In this document: positions 37,216 through 46,212 of the stretch, piece after piece | Numbering within the stretch: position 1 is the first letter of the stretch | Layout of the letters: each line of letters begins with the position of its first letter | Virus record (IMG/VR): IMGVR_UViG_3300034118_001268 | Span: 1-56,286 of that record | Strand: one strand, 5' to 3' | Source: a virus | Lineage: Duplodnaviria; Caudoviricetes | Length of the DNA stretch: 56,286 nt | Notes under the pieces: model-generated | Database searches by the model: none | Seen by the model: the letters and a program-made list of their open reading frames with translations, nothing else | What the model was told of the DNA's origin: nothing | Translations under genes and position numbers: made by a program

Positions 37216-38462
37216 GCGATAAGAGATTTGGCAACGCTCTAATGGCGTGGCACGCTTCGCCCTTCGACATTCCAGAGGGGAAGTTTGGCGCGATGAGTGA
37301 AGTGTCTGGCAAGGGCCAAGGCGCTGCGTCTTTCGGGCGTGGGGCTGCCTACGTGGCAGAGTCTCCAGCTTTGTCAGGTCCCGGCCAATCGGAGTATATG
37401 AAAGAATTCTCAACACATCCCGCGGTAGTTGACAATCGCGGAGCCCCAAACCTGCGGTTTAACGGCATAAACCTTCAAGAATTACATAGGGCAAAGACTC
37501 AGGACTATGATCGCTATTTGAAATTGCTTGACCTTTCGAGCCTTAATCGTAGTCCCCATCTTCTAGATAATTTGCACGAATTTATCAATGTTTACAATGA
37601 GGCCCATAGCGACACATTGTATGAAGCTCCCCAAAATTTGACAGAAGGTTTTGGTGCTTTTTTAAGGTATAAGATTGACGGGGAACATTATACAGATCAA
37701 AATTCACGACCTGAGGATATTGAAGCAAGAGATAAATTCTTGAGGGAGGACTCCGCAGAACTGTGGAGTAAAGTTCTACAATATACGACACCCTATGTTT
37801 CAAATGAGTCCGAGGGCCCTTACTCATATCAAGTCGCCGTCCACCTGACTCCCGAGACCATGTTAGATTGGGACAATCCGTTGAAAGACCATCATCCAGA
37901 AGCTCAAAATAAAATCCTTAAAGCTTTTGGAGACCCTATCGCAGCTGAACACCTGGGGGGCTCATACATCAGCGGAGAAAGAGTTTATAGACAGCTGCAG
38001 TCAAACAATCGCGGTTCAGACTTCGCCGCATCCGAAGCTCTTTATAACGCCGGCATCCACGGGATCAGATATATGGATGGTGCAACTCGTAGAAACACTA
38101 AATCCGTGATGTTCAAAGGCCAACTCCTAATTCCAGACGGGTCAACCTATGATCCTGTTTTGAGCGAAGTAAATCTTCGCCTTTTGGCAAATAACGGGGA
38201 CGTAGACCTATCTTTGGAACATATGAGGGAAAGAGGTGAACAATTTCCATCAACTGAACCAACTATGAAAAAAGCTATAGATTGGTTAAAAGAAAATAGA
38301 GAACATGTCAGCATAGCGGGACCCACCTACAACTACGTCATTTTCCACCCGGACTTCATTAAAGCTTTGGCCCAATACGACATCAAAGGGGACAAGATCA
38401 AGGACTATGGTCCAGGCGTCCATCTAAAATCGGTCGAACACGACCCATTCAAAGGAGAATAG
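37212..38462 (+). CDS. ART-like protein, paralog 3
   Basis: Same conserved blocks; C-terminal VEHDPF. Confidence 0.65.
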   Translation: MSDKRFGNALMAWHASPFDIPEGKFGAMSEVSGKGQGAASFGRGAAYVAESPALSGPGQSEYMKEFSTHPAVVDNRGAPNLRFNGINLQELHRAKTQDYDRYLKLLDLSSLNRSPHLLDNLHEFINVYNEAHSDTLYEAPQNLTEGFGAFLRYKIDGEHYTDQNSRPEDIEARDKFLREDSAELWSKVLQYTTPYVSNESEGPYSYQVAVHLTPETMLDWDNPLKDHHPEAQNKILKAFGDPIAAEHLGGSYISGERVYRQLQSNNRGSDFAASEALYNAGIHGIRYMDGATRRNTKSVMFKGQLLIPDGSTYDPVLSEVNLRLLANNGDVDLSLEHMRERGEQFPSTEPTMKKAIDWLKENREHVSIAGPTYNYVIFHPDFIKALAQYDIKGDKIKDYGPGVHLKSVEHDPFKGE

Positions 38463-38467
38463 AGATC

Positions 38468-38776
38468 ATGAACCGTCGCGCACGTCAAATTCATTGCCAC
38501 AAGATGGTGGCGGATACCGCTAAAGGCATGGCCGCAGCGGTGTATGAAGAATTGGCCAAGAACAATGCTTGGTATGAATTGAACAGAAGCCAACAGGTCT
38601 TTGTGGAAAAGACCTACGGGAGCTTGGTCGAACAGGCTCGCCAAGTGTTGGCTCAGATGTTGAGTTCGAAAACTGTTGAAGAACAGCAGAAGGAAATCAT
38701 CTTCGAGGCTCTCCTTTTGGATAAGAGCCTCCAACAAGGTCGAGGTGTTCGCAGTAGAGTGATCAACCTCCAATAG
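38468..38776 (+). CDS. hypothetical protein
   Basis: AAGGAG SD. Confidence 0.7.
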   Translation: MNRRARQIHCHKMVADTAKGMAAAVYEELAKNNAWYELNRSQQVFVEKTYGSLVEQARQVLAQMLSSKTVEEQQKEIIFEALLLDKSLQQGRGVRSRVINLQ

Positions 38777-38851
38777 AGCTTCGCCCATAGTGGGCAGGGG
38801 ATTACCGGCGATCCAACACACCGGGCACAATTATCCATGAGGATGGAGAAC

Positions 38852-39652
38852 ATGAGCGGTACTTCTGAAGAAACTCAAACAACGACCCCCGGTGACGACG
38901 CTATTCCTGTCACCTCCGAAGTCACTGAGGAGACTGGTGAGTCTGAAGGTGGGAAGGAGCAACAGGCTTCAAGTGGCGAGGAAGGCGAAAGTAAATCTGA
39001 AGGAAAGGAGGGGAAGAAGGAGAAACCCTGGTTCCAGACCAGAATTGACACTCTCACAAAAGATAAGTGGGATGCCAGACGTGAGGCAGAAGCGGCTTCT
39101 GCAAGGGCCAAGGAACTTGAGGCCCAGTTGGCCATCTATCGTGAAGGCCGTGGTGAAACACCACCCCAGGAAGAGACGCCGAAGGACCTCACAAAGGCCG
39201 AAATCGAGCGCCTGGCCGAGCAGAAAGCGGACGAAAGAATTCGCGCCGATGCCTTTAATAATGCGTGCAATATTGTGTACGACACCGGAAAAACGTTGTA
39301 TAACGATTTTGACGATGTTCTCACTAACTATAAGGACATTGGCGGCCTCACTCCGGCGTTTATCGAAGCCGCTATTGAAACCGGAGAGGGTCCAAAAGTT
39401 CTCTATGAGTTGGCGAAGGATCGGGATCTCGCTTTCAAAATTATGAGAATGAGCCCGGTGAAAATGGGGGTGGAAGTGGCCAAGGTGGCGGCCAGAGTCA
39501 GTCAGCCGCCAAAACCGGCACCGGTTTCGAAGGCGCCAGCGCCTATCAAACCTGTCAAAGGCTCAACCACAGCCGAAGCCGACCCTGAAAAAATGTCCAC
39601 ATCTGAGTGGATGGCCTGGCGCGAAAAGCAACTTCAAAAGAAACAGGCCTGA
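38852..39652 (+). CDS. scaffolding protein
   Basis: Acidic N-terminus, coiled coil, KAPAPIKPV, MSTSEWMAWRE; sits before the coat gene. Confidence 0.8.
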   Translation: MSGTSEETQTTTPGDDAIPVTSEVTEETGESEGGKEQQASSGEEGESKSEGKEGKKEKPWFQTRIDTLTKDKWDARREAEAASARAKELEAQLAIYREGRGETPPQEETPKDLTKAEIERLAEQKADERIRADAFNNACNIVYDTGKTLYNDFDDVLTNYKDIGGLTPAFIEAAIETGEGPKVLYELAKDRDLAFKIMRMSPVKMGVEVAKVAARVSQPPKPAPVSKAPAPIKPVKGSTTAEADPEKMSTSEWMAWREKQLQKKQA

Positions 39653-39854
39653 GTTTGAGGCAATACGACCTCCAAGGTTAGCGTAAAGCCGCTCGCAGAC
39701 CGGTTATAGTCTGCGCCCTGCCTGCTTCAAAAGGCTTGGTCTCGGGCACCAAGCGACCCCAGGTGAATGCAAAAGATCTTTCAACTGGTTTCGCACCAAC
39801 AACCCAAAACGGTCTTCGGACCTTGAGATCAACCATTGGAACAGGAGCCCAAAG

Positions 39855-41069
39855 ATGGCTAACTCGATGCTCACTATCAACCAGATCACTCGCGAAGCTG
39901 TGAGACTCTGGAAGAACACAAATGCCTTCCTCCAAAATATCGATACGCAGTACGACGACTCGTTTGCCAACACCGGCGCGAAGATCGGCACGAGTCTCCG
40001 TATCCGCCTGCCGAATGACTACGTCGTTCGTTCTGGCCCGGCCGCGCAGATCCAAGACACCGTTGAGCCCAGCACCACGTTGGTGCTTGCCACTCAGAAG
40101 GGTGTCGACGTGGCGTTTTCCTCTGTTGACAGAACCATGTCGTTGGACGATTACTCGAGACGCGTTCTTGCTCCGGCCGTGAACAACGTTGCCGGCGCCG
40201 TTGCCGCTGACGTGATGGGCGGCGTTGAAGGCGGCATTTGCAACTTTGTCGCCAATGTGGACGGTTCCAACAACATCTTGACCCCGATCGCCTCCACCTT
40301 CTTGAATGCTGGCGCTCTTCTCGACATCAATTCTGCTCCAGTCGGCAGCAGAAAGGTGATCAACGACCCGTTCACTGAAGCCCGTGTGCTTGCTTCATTG
40401 GCCGGTCTTTTCAATCCGTCCGGTGCAATCAGCCGTCAATACTCCACCGGCCAGATGCAACAGGCTCTCGGCTTTGATTGGATGAAGGACCAGACCGTCA
40501 TCAAGCATACGACTGGCAGCCTGGGTGCCGGTGCCACCATCAACGGCGCCGGTCAAACTGGTCAAAATCTTGTCGTCAACGCCCTTCCGGGCACTCTACT
40601 TGCTGGTGACATCATCACAATCCCTGGCGTCTTTGCCGTCAACAGGATCACGAAGCAGTCCACCGGCCAGCTGCGCCAGTTTGCCGTGACCGCCAACGTT
40701 CCTGCCGGTGCAACGTCCATTCCAGTCTATCCCGCCCTTGTTCCAGCGGTCCTCGGCAACCCTGTGCAGTTTCAAACCGTCACAGCGTCTCCTGCCAATG
40801 GCGCCGCAGTGAACCAGGTTTCCAATGCAAACGTCACGTACCGGAAATCGTTTGTCTATTGCCCTGAAGCGGTAACCATGGCCAGCGCTGATTTGGAACT
40901 GCCGAGGGGTGTTCACGAAGCTGCTCGTGAAAGCTTCGATGGCGTGTCAATGCGTATGGTCACTGCCTACAATGTCGGCAATGACCAGTTCATCACGCGT
41001 CTCGATATCCTGTACGGCTATCTCTGGGTTCGTCCGGAGTGGGCGTGCGTGGTGGCTGACATTCTGTAA
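39855..41069 (+). CDS. major capsid protein (P22 coat family)
   Basis: MANSMLT...ITREA, KIGTSLRIRLP, RLDILYG...RPEWA. Confidence 0.9.
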   Translation: MANSMLTINQITREAVRLWKNTNAFLQNIDTQYDDSFANTGAKIGTSLRIRLPNDYVVRSGPAAQIQDTVEPSTTLVLATQKGVDVAFSSVDRTMSLDDYSRRVLAPAVNNVAGAVAADVMGGVEGGICNFVANVDGSNNILTPIASTFLNAGALLDINSAPVGSRKVINDPFTEARVLASLAGLFNPSGAISRQYSTGQMQQALGFDWMKDQTVIKHTTGSLGAGATINGAGQTGQNLVVNALPGTLLAGDIITIPGVFAVNRITKQSTGQLRQFAVTANVPAGATSIPVYPALVPAVLGNPVQFQTVTASPANGAAVNQVSNANVTYRKSFVYCPEAVTMASADLELPRGVHEAARESFDGVSMRMVTAYNVGNDQFITRLDILYGYLWVRPEWACVVADIL

Positions 41070-41088
41070 GATTGTCGGCCTTTCTACA

Positions 41089-41116
41089 GGGCGGGGAATT
41101 CTTCCCCGCTCTTTTC
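41089..41116 (+). terminator. Rho-independent terminator after the coat gene
   Basis: GCGGGGAA-ttc-TTCCCCGC followed by TCTTTT. Confidence 0.75.
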
Positions 41117-41143
41117 TGAAACCCTAGTCTGAGGAGTGCGAGT

Positions 41144-41416
41144 ATGTCACAACAAGCTGGATCGATAATTTTCGCCAACATGAAGTTTCCTGAATATCAA
41201 TTTCAGGAATATCCGAAGTGGGTGACAAATGAGGCCGGAGAGCGGGTCGTCGTTCAAAACCACGACGAAGAGCTGATTGTAACCGGCAAATCGGCTGGAG
41301 AAGCTGCGGTGCACACCGTTGATGTGGAAGAAGGTGGTGCCGACCAGCGTCAGGGTCAGGGTCGTCGCCGCGGTTCGACCAGACGTTCTCGTAGACAAGC
41401 AGCCGAAGAAGAGTAA
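41144..41416 (+). CDS. small virion-associated hypothetical protein
   Basis: GAGGAG SD; EYPKW; basic tail. Confidence 0.65.
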   Translation: MSQQAGSIIFANMKFPEYQFQEYPKWVTNEAGERVVVQNHDEELIVTGKSAGEAAVHTVDVEEGGADQRQGQGRRRGSTRRSRRQAAEEE

Positions 41417-41422
41417 GGCTCC

Positions 41423-42409
41423 ATGCCTACACCACTTGACATCATCCAACTTGCGTTGAAAGACGCAGGAGCCATTGGTATCGGACAGACTCCTCTGACT
41501 GAGGATGTGAACGACTCATTCCAACGACTCAATTGGATGGTGTCGACGTGGGCTCGCAAGCGTTGGTTGATTTGGCACCTTGTTGACGTTGCAAAAGTCA
41601 GCACCGGCGCCCAATCCTATACTGTGGGGCCGGGTGGTGACTTCAACCTTGCTAGCCGGCCCGACAAACTGCATGCCGCATACGTGCGCTTTAATTTCGG
41701 CCCGTCCATTCTGACCAACCCTCCCCAAAGCATAGTGCCTACGGGCTCACCATTCGTTTTTATAGCGCCGTCGAATGGGAACGTCCTGGTCGGCGGAGGA
41801 ACAGTGACGGGATTGTTCGTCTCATACATCAACGGCAATCCGTCGTGGCAAGTAGCCACTTCTCCAATTGCTGTAACCCAGGGCGACGCCATTCAGGTGA
41901 TTTACACGACTGCTCCGGCAATGTCGTTCACTCCGGCAGTTCCCGCTCTTGCGCCAGGCGACGTTCCGCCGAACGCCACTGACGTCACTCTCCAGATCAT
42001 TGACAGCAGGGAAGATTACGCGCTCTTTAGGCAGAAGGGAATGTCGGGCACAACCAGTCACATTTTCTATGACAGCGCGTATCCAGTTGGAAAGGTGTGG
42101 CCGTATCCGTCCCCTACGATAGGCCAAGAACTCCACCTCATTGTCAAAGAGCAACTTCCAGAATTCACGTCAACATCTCAGAACATCATTCTGCCTCCAG
42201 AATATATGGCGGCACTTCATTACAATTTGGCAATCAGGTTGAGGGCAGCCTACGGGCTGCCAACCCCTCAAGTTGATGTCGTTGCTGGTTTTGCTGCAGA
42301 CGCTCTCAACGTCATTCGCAGTGCGAATGCCCAGATTAAAAGATTGCAGATTGCCCCGGAACTCGGTCGGATAGGGTTGTATAATATCATCTCCGATGAT
42401 GTTTACTGA
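41423..42409 (+). CDS. head-to-tail adaptor (P22 gp4-like) with an inserted beta-rich segment
   Basis: DIIQLALKDAGAIG...LNWMVSTW, LPPEY..ALHYNLAIRL. Confidence 0.7.
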   Translation: MPTPLDIIQLALKDAGAIGIGQTPLTEDVNDSFQRLNWMVSTWARKRWLIWHLVDVAKVSTGAQSYTVGPGGDFNLASRPDKLHAAYVRFNFGPSILTNPPQSIVPTGSPFVFIAPSNGNVLVGGGTVTGLFVSYINGNPSWQVATSPIAVTQGDAIQVIYTTAPAMSFTPAVPALAPGDVPPNATDVTLQIIDSREDYALFRQKGMSGTTSHIFYDSAYPVGKVWPYPSPTIGQELHLIVKEQLPEFTSTSQNIILPPEYMAALHYNLAIRLRAAYGLPTPQVDVVAGFAADALNVIRSANAQIKRLQIAPELGRIGLYNIISDDVY

Positions 42410-42424
42410 TGGGGGAACGGCCAC

Positions 42425-43849
42425 ATGAAGATCCCTCTTAAAGGCGGAGCATATACGGCGAGAAGCCTTATTGCAAATGCTCAGCGTTGCGTGAACCTGT
42501 TTCCGGAAAAGAACCCCGAAGACGCTGCCGCCGAGTTCACGCACTACACTACTCCTGGGCTTGTCGCATTGGCCACAGCTCCAAATTCTGCCCCAGTTCG
42601 TGGACTATATACAGCTTCCAACGGGAAGCTTTATGCCGTTGTGGGACACAAAGTCTACTTTGTGAACAGTTCTTGGGTCATGACTGAAATTGGAACACTC
42701 GCAATTCTTAACGGGACGACCCCGGTAAAAATGCGTGACAACTCGGCGTTCATGGTAATTGTGGACGGGTCAATACACGGCTATCTTGTCGACATTAACT
42801 CAAATGCATTTTCTCAAATTACAAGTCCCGCCTTTTACGGGGCGACGACTGTCGCCTATTTGGACACCTTTCTTTTGTTCAACCGCCCCAATACTAAGCA
42901 ATTCTACTCGACGGAGTCCGACACCACAATTTTCAATGCTTTGTATTTTGCCCAAAAAACGGCCGCACCCGACGTGTTGAAAGCAGTTGCAGTCAAGCAC
43001 CGGGAACTCTGGCTCCTCGGGGAAAAAACTTCTGAGGTGTGGTATAACGCCGGCAACCAAAATTTTCCGTTCCAATCTTTGCCAGGCACGTTTGTTGAAC
43101 ACGGGGTGTGCGCCCCACATTCGGTGGCAATTGATGGCGTTTCCCTGATATGGTTGAGCAAAAATGATAGAGGCAGGGCAGTCGCAGTCAGAACCGCCGG
43201 TTACGAACCGATGAAGATTTCAACTTACGCCTTGGAAGCTGAGTGGGCAACCTACGCTGAAGTTGACGACGCAATTGGATACACTTATCAGAGTTCCGGT
43301 CACTCCTTCTATGTTTTGATCTTTCCAACGGCCAACAAGACTTGGGTCTATGACGGTCTTGAAAACCTCTGGCACGAAAGAGCTTGGATGGACAACTTTG
43401 GTGTTCTCCACAGGCATAGATCGAATTGCTATTCATATGCCTACAATAAGCACGTCGTGGGCGATTTTCAAAACGGCCGACTGTATGAAATGAACGACCA
43501 AACGTATACCGACGACGGTAGCGCTATTTTGAGGCTGCGTTCATTTCCACATTTGGGGGCCGAAGCCAAAAGAGTGATCTACAACCAATTTGTTGCCGAT
43601 ATGGAAGTCGGCACGGCGCTTGTCGGTCTGACTTCTCCAGTTGTTTCCCTGAGGTGGAGTGACACAAGGGGTCAAACCTTCGGCACGCCAGTTCAACAGA
43701 CGGTAGGTTTGACAGGTCAGTTTCTCACGTCCGTCCAGTGGAGACGATTGGGTCAGGCCAGAGATCGAGTGTTTGAACTCTCGTGGTCTCAACCGTATCG
43801 CACCGCCCTCAATGGAGCCTACGTTGATTATACGGTGTGCGACACATGA
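42425..43849 (+). CDS. DNA-stabilisation/tail hub protein (P22 gp10-like)
   Basis: QRCVNLFPE, EVWYNAG, GHSFYVL.FP..TWVYD..WHER, LRWSD.G, WRRLG. Confidence 0.85.
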   Translation: MKIPLKGGAYTARSLIANAQRCVNLFPEKNPEDAAAEFTHYTTPGLVALATAPNSAPVRGLYTASNGKLYAVVGHKVYFVNSSWVMTEIGTLAILNGTTPVKMRDNSAFMVIVDGSIHGYLVDINSNAFSQITSPAFYGATTVAYLDTFLLFNRPNTKQFYSTESDTTIFNALYFAQKTAAPDVLKAVAVKHRELWLLGEKTSEVWYNAGNQNFPFQSLPGTFVEHGVCAPHSVAIDGVSLIWLSKNDRGRAVAVRTAGYEPMKISTYALEAEWATYAEVDDAIGYTYQSSGHSFYVLIFPTANKTWVYDGLENLWHERAWMDNFGVLHRHRSNCYSYAYNKHVVGDFQNGRLYEMNDQTYTDDGSAILRLRSFPHLGAEAKRVIYNQFVADMEVGTALVGLTSPVVSLRWSDTRGQTFGTPVQQTVGLTGQFLTSVQWRRLGQARDRVFELSWSQPYRTALNGAYVDYTVCDT

Positions 43850-44850
43850 GCGGCAGCATAAACCCACAGGGCTTCCCCTTCCACAATATGCCCGTTGTAG
43901 ACCCTCGGACTGGGATGTTGTCTCAACCGTGGTTGCAGTTCTTTGTGTCGCTGTGGAACAGAACGGGTTCAGCAGAAGGCTCCAACATCAATGAGTTTCA
44001 AGTCAGTTCCACGGTGTATGATGGAGAAGACCAGCCTGACCTCTTTCCTGAAACTCTTCTGAATGGAATAGTTCTTTCTGACGATGAAGGTTCTGTCGAT
44101 TTAGATCAGGTATCTTTGAAGTCCGAAGCGATGGCCGGCGATGAAAGTCATCTTCTTTTGGACGAGGTTGCTTTACAATCTTTTTCAATGGTTGCAGAGT
44201 CAGATGATGCCTCTCTAGACGAGGCTAATCTGAAAGCTCTAGCCATGATCTTGGAAGATGGTAGTGAGTCTGTCCAATTTGCCAACCATCCTGGCTACGT
44301 TCCTGGAAGATTTTACTCGATATGGGACGGGAACGTTGGAGCGACTGGCGCGATTGGCGCAGTTGATACCATTTACCTATATCCGTTTTTCATTGCCGAA
44401 GACGTCCAAATCTCGTCGCTTTTCCTAAGAGTGGTGACGGCTGGGGCCGGCAGTTCGGCGAAGGCTGGAATTTGGTCCAACAGAAACGGCAAACCGACGG
44501 GGACTCCGATCGTCGTTGACAATGCTGGAGTGTCCACGGCCACCACGGGGATGAAGGCCTTTTCGATTACTGCAACCACCCTAAGAAGAGGTTGGTATTG
44601 GGTCGGGGTGAAATTTACAGGCACCCTCCCAGTTTGCACAAACATAGTCGGAACGTCTGCCCTCATGTCGTCGAGAGTTGGTGGATCGTCTGATGCTAAT
44701 TCTGTCAACAATGGCGCAACCAATCAAATTTCTGGTCAATCTTTCACTGACGCGTATGCAAACAATATGCCGGACTTGACGTCGTCAAGTTTGACAGATG
44801 TTTCAATCGCGTCGGCCGGAATTCCAGTTTTTGGTTTTGGCGTCCCTTAA
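43846..44850 (+). CDS. virion structural protein
   Basis: PVVDPRTG..PW..FF N-terminus, acidic linker, beta-rich C-terminus. Confidence 0.6.
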   Translation: MSGSINPQGFPFHNMPVVDPRTGMLSQPWLQFFVSLWNRTGSAEGSNINEFQVSSTVYDGEDQPDLFPETLLNGIVLSDDEGSVDLDQVSLKSEAMAGDESHLLLDEVALQSFSMVAESDDASLDEANLKALAMILEDGSESVQFANHPGYVPGRFYSIWDGNVGATGAIGAVDTIYLYPFFIAEDVQISSLFLRVVTAGAGSSAKAGIWSNRNGKPTGTPIVVDNAGVSTATTGMKAFSITATTLRRGWYWVGVKFTGTLPVCTNIVGTSALMSSRVGGSSDANSVNNGATNQISGQSFTDAYANNMPDLTSSSLTDVSIASAGIPVFGFGVP

Positions 44851-44864
44851 GGAGGATAGTAAAC

Positions 44865-45200
44865 ATGGCAATCGTACCCGCAGCTTTGACGGCATCGACC
44901 CAACTTGGATCTACAGCTGCCGCCATTTATACGACGCCCGTTCAAGGTCAAACCTTGATCAAAAGAGCCGTCTTTACAAACACCGATACGTCGCCCAGAA
45001 CCATCACCGTTCATAGAGTTCCGAACCTCGGTTCAGCGGCCATTGGCAACAGGGTCATCAGTTCTTTTCGACTGTCTCCCGGGCAAGCCTACGTGGCTGT
45101 CGAATTGGCCAACATGATCCTGAATGGGGGTGACGCCATCTTTGCTCTTGCCGATACAGCAAACCAAGTCAACGTGACGATGAGCGGGTTTACGCTATGA
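44865..45200 (+). CDS. small virion structural protein
   Basis: AAGGAGG SD; IYTTP...FTNTD...LNGGD pattern. Confidence 0.65.
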   Translation: MAIVPAALTASTQLGSTAAAIYTTPVQGQTLIKRAVFTNTDTSPRTITVHRVPNLGSAAIGNRVISSFRLSPGQAYVAVELANMILNGGDAIFALADTANQVNVTMSGFTL

Positions 45201-45751
45201 CAAATCATCACATCAAGCTGGCCGACTTGGGCGGCGAGATTTTGGACGTCGCCAAAACTCTCGTTCGTGAACATTTTGATGAGTTCGGATTGGTCGACAT
45301 TCGGGAAAACCACGAAGGGTCTCCTCATGTGGACACGAAGTCCATATATTTGCGAGCTCCGCCGTGGCCCTTCAAATCACTGAGAGATGCGCAAAATGAC
45401 ACGCGCGTGGTGAATTGGCCAGCTTTGCAGCTTGATCGAAGGTTCGACGCCGTTTTGACCGCTCTTCAACACGTTGTTGGTATGCCTCTTGCGAGAGTTT
45501 TGATCGTCGATCTTCGTGCTGGAGGTTCGATTAAGTCGCACAGAGACGAAGGCCAGTATGCTGAACAGACCGAGCGTTTTCACTATCCGATTGAGACGAA
45601 TGATAAAGCCGTCTCAAAAATCGGCGACGAGGAGATTAACATGCCCGAGGGCACCGTGTGGTGGTATGATAAGACCGTCGAACACAGTGCAAAAAATGAT
45701 GGAGAGAGTGGTAGGATCCACATCATCTTTGACTGTTGGAGACCCCAATGA
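45197..45751 (+). CDS. aspartyl/asparaginyl beta-hydroxylase-like 2OG-Fe(II) dioxygenase
   Basis: H-R-D...RFHYPI...EH..N...RIHIIFD facial-triad pattern. Confidence 0.8.
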   Translation: MTNHHIKLADLGGEILDVAKTLVREHFDEFGLVDIRENHEGSPHVDTKSIYLRAPPWPFKSLRDAQNDTRVVNWPALQLDRRFDAVLTALQHVVGMPLARVLIVDLRAGGSIKSHRDEGQYAEQTERFHYPIETNDKAVSKIGDEEINMPEGTVWWYDKTVEHSAKNDGESGRIHIIFDCWRPQ

Positions 45752-46200
45752 TCTTTGCGGTCGAAAAATTCAGTGACATTGTTCAAGAATTGAAGGACTT
45801 GATTTTTGAACATTGGCGCGAAGTCACGTCGGAGCCAGAGACGCGTCCCCTCGACGTGCACTGGGATCAGTACTTTGAGCTCGAGAAGCAGAACATGATT
45901 TTTGCGTTGACGGCTCGTGCTGACGGGCGGTTGGTGGGATACATCATCCATCTTATCTATCGCCCTCTCCATTACCGCTATATGCTAATGGCGTCCGATG
46001 ATGCGCATTTCCTCAAGAAGGAATTTCGCAAAGGGCCGGCCGCCATGAAAATGTTCAAAGCTGCTGAAAAAGCTTTGAAGGAATTGGGCGTCAATTCTGT
46101 GACCTATCACAGCAAGACCCGTCCTGAAATAAACAAGCGGCCGGTATTTGAGCGTCTTGGCTATTCGGCGCACGAATATCTCTTCGTGAAACATCTCTAG
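45748..46200 (+). CDS. GNAT acetyltransferase
   Basis: LVGY...FLKKEFRKG...FERLGY. Confidence 0.75.
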   Translation: MIFAVEKFSDIVQELKDLIFEHWREVTSEPETRPLDVHWDQYFELEKQNMIFALTARADGRLVGYIIHLIYRPLHYRYMLMASDDAHFLKKEFRKGPAAMKMFKAAEKALKELGVNSVTYHSKTRPEINKRPVFERLGYSAHEYLFVKHL

Positions 46201-46212
46201 GGAGTTAGCACT

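Noticed and set aside
34448-38462. Diversity-generating retroelement or shufflon driving ART variation
   Set aside because: No reverse transcriptase, template repeat or recombinase; differences are not adenine-specific.
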